From NCBI RefSeq assembly GCF_009914755.1, contig NC_060928.1: 64,000 bases of DNA; one strand, given 5' to 3'. The translations under genes were made by a program, and so were the position numbers. The notes under the pieces were generated by a model. The model saw only the letters and a program-made list of their open reading frames with translations, made no database searches and was not told the origin of the DNA. This document shows, piece after piece, positions 54,732-64,000 of this stretch (positions are counted from its first letter, which is position 1; the number at the start of each line of letters is the position of its first letter). The stretch comes from the human T2T-CHM13v2.0 reference genome, Homo sapiens.

Positions 54732-55216
54732 TGTGTGCTAGGCATAATAATGGCCCCCAAAGTAGACCACACCCCAATCCCTGAACCCCATGAATCTGTT
54801 GCCTTACATGGCAAAAGGGATTTTACAGATGGAAAGATTATCCTGGCTTATCCAGGTGGGCTTACTGTAATCACAAGGGCAATTAAATCAGGGAACTATC
54901 CCAGATGGGTTGAGAGTCAGAGGGTAACATGACTAAGGGAGAATGGTCACAGAGATGCAACTTTGCTGGCTTTGAAGACAAAAGGAGAGGACCACAAGCC
55001 AAAGGATATTTCTTCTACATAAAAATGTAAATAAGGAAACATTTTGTCCTTAGAGCCACCAAAAAGTAACATAGCCCTGCCTACACCTTGATTTTGGCCC
55101 AGGGAGACCTGTGTTAGACTTCTGACCTACAAAAGTATAAGTTAATAAAATTACTTTGTAGTTTTAAGCCATTGAATTTGTTGTAATCTGTTACAGCAGC
55201 AAGAGAAAACTAATAC
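54732..55216 (+). mobile_element. MaLR LTR, MLT1D-like
   Basis: ataatggcccccaaag...ccttacatggcaaaagggatttt...gacttctgacctac...gaaaactaataca. Confidence 0.8.
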
Positions 55217-56949
55217 AACCATATGAACCAATATCCAAAATTCTCATCCTTTGGCCAGTCTGAGGTTCAATACCAGACATAGTAACCAATACCAGCAACA
55301 GACATAGCCTTGTATCATACCTCTCTGAAGAACTTCCCACTCTCTTCAGGTTATATACGGATAACTTCAGTAGAATGGTGCACAGCTTGAAAACAGAAAA
55401 GAAGGCTCCTGAGAGCCCCACGCAAAGACAACACTGCGCAAACTTTGAGTAAGTTCAATTTCACTGTTTATTTTAGCTCATTCTTTGAACTACATTTGCT
55501 TCCAAGTGAAACAAAATTTACTTTGAATAAATTTTGCAGTGCTCTACTTGAAACAGCTGGTTGGACTTTTCAAAAAGCATCTTGTCAGAATTATGTATTT
55601 TTTTTCCTAAGACATATTCCACCCACTAAGTCATACCAGAAGCCTTGGTAATCATGGTGGATGGTGTGAACGCAAATCCCTTAGATTTCCATTCTGCAAC
55701 AAGCTTTCTTGGAGGAAGGTGTGAATATATCAAACATCTTAGATGTAATGCTAAAGAAACCTGCATAAACTTTGGCCACATCCACTGCATGGGGACGTAA
55801 GCAGAAACAAAAGAAAAAACTTGTAGTTCCAGTGCTGAACAGCCAAAGCCAGACCATCTGCGTGACAGCAAAGGCTAAAGAAACAAATGCAGCAAAACGC
55901 AACCCAGGCTTTAACTGATTCTTTCCTTTCCAATTTCTAATACAGTATGTCCCAACTTGAAAAGGGATTACCCACGAAGAATAAAGAGGTATAGAAAAGA
56001 AAAGAAGAGTTAAACTGAAAACCTGTACAGAAAAATGCACCCAAACCGGAGAGTCTGAGGACTCGTGTTCCAAGTCCCGCTTGTATAAATACTGATCCTC
56101 CACCTCATTGAATTGTTGACATTACATAATTAGCCAGTTACAATAATAACACTGTAGCTTAACACACTGCCACAACCGGAGGAATTTTAACTACTCTAGT
56201 GAATTGCCCCTCACCAGCTACATCTGTGCTGGTCTTCAAAGCAAAAGTGCGGAAAGAAAAGAGATGGCCGTTTAGTATGCAGACTAACGCAGAGTAAACA
56301 AGGGGAGTATGGCCTATCCAGCATTTGGGTTCTTGGGGTTCCCCTACCCGCTTGTTTTTTGTTTTTATTTAATTGGTTTGGTCTTTGGTTGTTGCCTACT
56401 TAAGTAAATAATATTCAGTAAAAGCACTTCATAGACACTGTGAAATCGTTAAAAAAAATTATATTTATATCAGATTACTGTGTACTTGAAACAAACTCAC
56501 TTATTCTTCAACTTCATAAACTTCAATATAAACAACAAAAAAAGTAAACCCACCACTTTTAGACACTTATTCTTTAGGCTTTTTAACTCTAACATAAACA
56601 AATAAGAAAATATTGTTAAATATCCTTAGAAATCTTGAGCACCTATTAGCATTCTCAGCACTAGCCGGACGAAGGGTTTGAAGGGTTTCACCTGCCAGCA
56701 ACCCTTTCTTTTCTCTTTACTCACAAATTCGCTCTAGGGACCAGAGGATGCTGTATTCTTTTCTTAGTAAAATAGATGAAATCTGAAATGTAGCCTAACC
56801 CAGACACAGAAAAACCACATATAAAATTCGAATGTTCTTAGACATACTATACAGTGAGCCGTGCTGAAAATAATAGCCTTTCTGTGTAATTTATCCTGTT
56901 TTTCTCCTCCCTTATTTGGTACCTCAGCTTCTCATTCCTCCTAATCTGA

Positions 56950-57300
<351 letters not shown>

Positions 57301-57569
57301 TGGGAAAGCCTTTTAAGTCCTCACTCCTGAAGGTTAATAAAATCTTTCAGGTCCCCAAAATCTGAGGCATCATGATGATGATACCTGAGTGTGTAAAAAT
57401 CCTCCCAACACTCCTTCATCTACTTTATGTGGATAATTAATACATTCATGTCAATTTAATTCCTTATCTTGCCCAATTGTTAAAATCCATTATCTCCTTT
57501 ACTCCTTTGGAACTCTTCTAAGATTATGATGCCAGAGAAGAGTGGATACTGGCCTGACAAAAATGTTCT

Positions 57570-57815
57570 GTTATTTATGTGCCCACCACTATGTAAATCC
57601 CCTTATCCTGCTTTATTTCTCTTCATAGTCCTTACAGTCCATCACATATCCATCTAACATATGATATTCTATTAGACACCTCTTTGAGTTTTTATTTGTC
57701 TCTCCCACCGAAATGAAGAGAGAAACCATATTTGTTTTATTTACTGCTGTATCTTCAGGGTCTGGAGCTATGCCCAGCACATAGTAGGCACTCAATTTTT
57801 GTTGCAGAAATAAAT
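57570..57815 (+). mobile_element. L2 3' end
   Basis: tgcccagcacatagtaggcactcaat...gttgcagaaataaatg. Confidence 0.7.
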
Positions 57816-58721
57816 GGAGATTTTGTGACTTAAGTGGAAGAATGGAATAGAATATTTGAAATGGGGACTATTCCAGAAAATCCAAATATGCAGTTGCCAT
57901 ACTTAGACCACATATCCTTGATTCAATGCAATCAAATTAATAATTTTAAAGTTATTTGTGTTTTACTCTATAAATGAAAAGATAATACATTACTGCAACT
58001 GATTTGCTAAAAATAGCTGACTTTTATATGCGAATCAGGTAAAATACACTCACAAAGGAGGGTGACCCAAAAATCACTGAGCAGTTGCTTGTGCATGATA
58101 ACAGAGTGTAATACAATTCATGTGTTTCAGCACATATATAATTAAGAATGCCAATATATTTTTTCTTTTCAAAGCATTCTTAATTTCTTAATTGCCTAGA
58201 AAATTTAAAACTTCTTACAAATATTATGATGAAGGTTTTGAGGGTATAGAAACTAAGGTAACATAAACCAACTTCTACAGACTAAAGTAAAAGAGACATT
58301 TTATTAGTCTCTATCACAGACTAATTTGGGGATTTCAGATCCAACCTTGCTCTAATATGACTTATAAAAGGCTTACGGGAAATATGGCTGGTTTCACTGT
58401 TAATGATTCCCCTCTCCTTTCTTCCCTCTCTTCATAGCAGGCTTTATTGCAAGAAAACTTACAGGAGGCAAAGTGTTCAAGTGTAAAGAACGATACACTG
58501 ACTATCCAGATATGAGAATAATTTACTCTGTTTCCTTGAAGAGATTACACCACAAAATAGATAAGTTAGTAGGTAAAGAACTGCTTTCTTCCAACCAAAA
58601 AAAAAAGGAGAAAGGTGGTTTTTAGTAGTTTTAGTTTTGCCAAAACTACTGAAGTTGAAGACTTCCCAAAACTACTAAAGGAAGACTGAAGTGGAAGGAC
58701 TGCTTGAGGCTAGGGGTTTGA

Positions 58722-59339
<618 letters not shown>

Positions 59340-60869
59340 TAGCTGGGTGTGGTGGTGTACAACTGTAGTCTCAGCTACTTGAGGGACTGTGGTGGGAGGA
59401 CTGCTTGAGCCTAGGAGTTCCATGCTACAGTGAGCTATGGCTGTGCCACCGCACTGCAGCCTGAGCAACAGAGTGAGATGCTGTCTCTTTAAAAAAAAAA
59501 AAACAAAACAAAACAGAACAAAAAAAACTGGAAAAAAAAAGTCAACAAGAAGCAAATGTGTTAGGACACGACTGCTTGTTGGAAGCCTTTGCTAAAATAC
59601 TAGAAATGTAGGAAAGAGACTTTTTATTTCTATAAAATCATGAAGTTTATGAGACTACAAAGATAAAGCTGACAGACTGTCTCCATGAGCAGGGCTAACA
59701 GGAAGTTTTGTTTGTTTTTTAAAGCAGTAATAGCTTATGTCATTCTTTTGCCTAAATCTGTTACCTGGGATGTAGCAGTAAGGAGGCTGGAAGGTGTTCA
59801 CAAACAATCTTTGAGGACTAATGCAAATTCACTCACATGAATGCATGGACTGCTCTGAAGGTACCAGACCTCAGGGCACTCCCACCGGCAGGCTTACTGT
59901 GAACCGACATCCCCTACTTCTGAAATCCATTTGGTACGGCAGGAGATCTCTTGCGGGATGTCTGCATTTTCAGAAGAAATTATCTACTGACTGCTTTGGC
60001 CAATGTGCTTTTTCACCTCTAAATTTTAAGGTGTTTTTAGCTTTATCAGCAATACCAGAGCACATCACACGTGCACACATCCAAATAGATCTCAGCTTCC
60101 ACACTTGAAGATTCTAGAAAGCCAGATGGCAGGGCCATGAAGCACATGTAACCAACATGGGCTGTGAAGTCAGTCAGACCCGGGCTTGCATCCAGGTGGC
60201 TTCACTTCATTGCAAGCTCCTTCACTTCCCTGAGTCTCACAGGAGGATAGCTATTCCTTTCCTTTTGAGCCAAATTTAACAATGTAATAGTATTCTGAAG
60301 AGAGCTAAACCTAAGGACCTTTAAATTCAATCCACGGAGACCACTAATTAACTATGAGCCACTAAAAAGGAGATGCCAATCACAGGATGAGGAAGGCTGG
60401 TAGAGAAAAGATTCCTGACTTCCTAATTATCTGAGGTAAGAAAGTTTTGTTTTGGGGTATTTATTTATTTATTTTTTGCACACTGGCTAAGAATAGAATA
60501 TGCCAAAACAAAGTCTGCACTCTAGGGTGTACAATCTAAATCATATCTTGATTAGCATCACCTAAACCTAAACTGGACTAAGCAGTAGAAAACAGACAGC
60601 AGTGGGCAAGATTACACTTGCAAGGGATTGTCTGTGAGATAAACGGTTTTATTTCCTGATTCCAACTCTAGGTCCCTCACCTTAGTTTTCAAATAGTGAA
60701 GTTACAGGACCATGAGGATAAAAGCCTCCTCATTCCAGACGTCCTGCAAGTGTGATCAGGGGTTATCTGCTTCCTAGAATGGAGTTTCCAGTGGAAAAGG
60801 ACAAGGTTTAATAGGAGTGTCAAGATTTCCTTCCCTATATATTAAGATAGTTACCTAAAAACTGTTGTT

Positions 60870-61060
60870 CTTTCATTTTGTTCAATCATCCCACAAATAT
60901 TTATTAGGTCCCTACCACATGCCAAGCACTGTGCTAAACATTGAGGATAAAATGAATGAACAAGGCAGATACGGCCTCTGCAATCTGGGATCCCACACCT
61001 GAATGCAGGGAGAACAGCCAAGAGAGAAACAGCGGTGGGAGGCAGTGATAGCCTGCCGCT
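60870..61060 (-). mobile_element. L2 3' end
   Basis: caaatatttattagg..cctaccacatgccaagcactgtgctaa. Confidence 0.65.
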
Positions 61061-62000
61061 ACAAGCCTCACACAATTGATGAATACTAGACATAGCAAGG
61101 AAAAGGGAAGAATTCTAAAATTTTGCAAGTGAGCTGCAGTCTGAGCTGATCTCTTTAGCTGCCCAGAAAAAACAAAACAAACAAACAAACAAAAAACCCA
61201 CAAAACATTACTCACAGGGAGCATTATTCTTTTCTTTTAAGGAAGTATTTTAGTTGTTGAAAAGGGATAACTAACTGCTACACCCACAAAGCTGGCATGG
61301 ATAGGAAAGTGAGATAAAGAAAGGTGAAGGCCTAGGGTACCGAGAAAGTGGGTGTAGTTTCAGGTTGGGAGTGGAGGGAGATAAGCTGACTACAGTCACA
61401 GCCACAAGCCTGAGGAGGTTTTCAGACCCATAGGAACTTGAACTATGTTCTAATTCCACCTCCTTTACTCCCCAGTCTTCAGAAGAGTCTGTGCTAATAA
61501 CAGCTTTGGGTAAATAAAGCTTTGAGAAATGAAGGAGAGGGAAATTTTCTCTGCTTGAGGCAATGAGATCCGAGAGGGGGCAGCAATCATGGGTGGAGAG
61601 AACTACACAGCGTAATCAAGAATCAAATGGGGAGGCAGGATTCCAAGACTAGAGACCAGAAAAGTGCCTGTCATAAGCTTATTCGCACATACCTTCACCC
61701 ATACACTCTCCACCGCCTGCTTCCTCCCCAGGAATCCTCAGAAACACTTAGGACAGTAGACCTCCCAAAATACATGTGATGGGGACTGGAGTCATTTTAT
61801 TTGACTAGTAAGGAAAGAGTGTCACCTAGATGAAAGATTTAAAGATCTGCAGGTTATATAGAAAAATTAGTGCAAGTAAAGGAATGATAACTTCTCCAGC
61901 AAGAGCGATGACTGCCCTATTTTCTAAATAGAGAGTATGGTAGCTTTAAGGAGAGTGGTAGCTGGAAAATGCCTGGACTTATTGTTAACAAATTTTGGGG

Positions 62001-62101
62001 GCAATGAAATAATCTGTATAACAAACCCCATGACACATGTTTACCTATGTAACCCGCACATACTGCACATGTACCCATGAACTTAAAAGTTAAAAAAAAA
62101 A
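62001..62101 (+). mobile_element. Short L1PA 3' terminus with A tail
   Basis: aatctgtataacaaaccccatgacac...tttacctatgtaac...tgcacatgtaccc...aacttaaaagttaaaaaaaa. Confidence 0.8.
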
Positions 62102-62366
62102 CGAATTTATTTGGGCAGTATAGGTATCCCACTTTATAAAACTGGTATTATTTCTCAGAGACTAACTATAAAACACTTATTTCTATCAAATCCCCTATTT
62201 TCTTTCTGATTCCATTATAAAACATCCTGTTCCTTCAGGTGCAAAAAATAGAATTACACTATTATAAAAGGACCCTTTAAGTTGACTTATGTTGTTTTAG
62301 AAAATACCAATGTTAGCAATAAAATTTCTACAGATACAAACATTTTGACTATTAAAAGTCAAGAAA

Positions 62367-62815
<449 letters not shown>

Positions 62816-62955
62816 TTACACAAAAATACTCTTTTTGCTAACTCTTAAATTATTAGAGCAACCTGCAACTCTTTTCCTAGTTTCTGGTTAAAAGATTTAA
62901 ATTAGCTTGCTTATATAGTGTACACACGTATATATGTATGTATGTGCTGACTGAT

Positions 62956-63226
62956 TGAAACAGGGTCTCACCGTGTCACCCAGGCTAGAGCGCAGTGGTG
63001 TAATCTTGGCTCATTGCAGCCTCCCAGGCTCAAGTGATCCTCCCATCTCAAGCCTTCTGAGTAGCTGAGACTAAGATGCACGTCACCATGCTTGGCTAAT
63101 TTTTTAACTTTTTGTGGAGATGGGGTCTCTATATTACCCAAGCTAGTCTCAAACTCTTGGGCTCAAGCAATCCTGACTCAGTCTCCCAAAGTGCTGGGAT
63201 TACAGGCATGAGCCATCACACCCAGA
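62956..63226 (-). mobile_element. AluJ
   Basis: gaaacagggtctcac...cccaaagtgctgggattacaggcatgagcc. Confidence 0.88.
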
Positions 63227-63252
63227 CTACAGTATATTTTCTTTACAACGAA

Positions 63253-63256
<4 letters not shown>

Positions 63257-63297
<41 letters not shown>
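63257..63297. repeat. (TG)20 microsatellite
   Basis: Uninterrupted TG run. Confidence 0.97.
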
Positions 63298-63299
<2 letters not shown>

Positions 63300-63504
63300 T
63301 TGACAAGCAACTTTTTAAGCTTATTCCCTTTTTCACTAGAATAATCTCCAATAACAACAAAGTAATAAAAGTCTGATTAAAGACAAATTATCTGACCAGG
63401 CAACTGCAATCTATAAATTAGTTCAGCAAGCTAATGTCAGATGTAAAAAGTTACCAGTAAAAGGAAGTAAGTGTGCTTTGGAACAAACAGGGAGGATATT
63501 GTTT

Positions 63505-63960
63505 GTGTTGGGTTGAACAACACGTTGTCCATCCCCCTGCAAATTCATATCTAGCTGGTACCTCAGAATGCAGCCTTATTAGAAATAGGGTCTAGGGTCT
63601 TCGCAGATGGAATCCGCAAAGTTAAAATGAGGTCATGCTGGATTTGTGTGGACCCTAAATCCAATGCCTGATGAAGGCCATGTGAAAACACAGAGACATC
63701 AGAGTGAAGAAGGCTGGGTGGTGAGAGGCAGACGAAATGATGCAGGCACAAGCCTAGGAATGCCAAGGACTGCTGGCAACCACCGAAAACTAGGAAGAAA
63801 GAAGAAGGGATTCTTCCTAGAGCCTTCAGAGAGTGCATGGCCCTGCTAACACCTTGATTTCAGACTTCCAGCCTCCAGAACTGAGAGAGAATAAATTTCT
63901 GTTGTTTTAATCTACAAAGTTTTTGGTAATTTGTTATAGCACCCCTAGGAAACTCATACA
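63505..63960 (+). mobile_element. MaLR LTR, MLT1C-like
   Basis: aaatagggtc...aatgaggtcat...ggaatgccaagga...ccctgctaacaccttgattt...aaactcataca. Confidence 0.8.
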
Positions 63961-64000
63961 GAATCTTTGACCAAAAGGCATGATTGGTGAAAAACAACTT

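Noticed and set aside
55681-56103. 140-aa hydrophobic minus-strand ORF
   Set aside because: The hydrophobicity follows from T-rich composition; there is no family resemblance and no convincing splice-site pair.

Overview
This is human (primate) genomic DNA lying entirely inside the SH3RF1 (POSH) gene, transcribed on the minus strand. Four internal coding exons are present: 32110-32385, 31185-31280, 11963-12265 and 5692-5802, probably exons 3-6. They encode SH3-1, SH3-2, the Rac-binding/Akt-site linker and a Pro-rich stretch. All four have GT-AG boundaries and phase-0 junctions. The rest is intron, densely filled with Alu, L1, L2, MIR, LTR and DNA-transposon relics, plus a full-length RPL6 processed pseudogene with target-site duplications (TSDs) inserted into an old L1. 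No prokaryotic-type system, CRISPR array, tRNA or rRNA is supported. The most interesting leads are: (1) the stop-free 372-nt exon pair encoding the SH3 tandem, bracketed by inverted Alus (circRNA / rolling-circle ORF candidate); (2) a zero-spacer tail-to-tail inverted Alu pair; (3) a perfect 27-bp-stem hairpin; (4) a perfect tandem array of 26-bp palindromic units; (5) a cryptic poison-exon candidate 37 nt past the exon 6 donor; (6) an Alu-end duplication with an AT-rich VNTR inside an L1 tail. Repeat subfamily names and exon numbers come from recalled consensus sequences, not a database search, and repeat boundaries are approximate unless a TSD is quoted.
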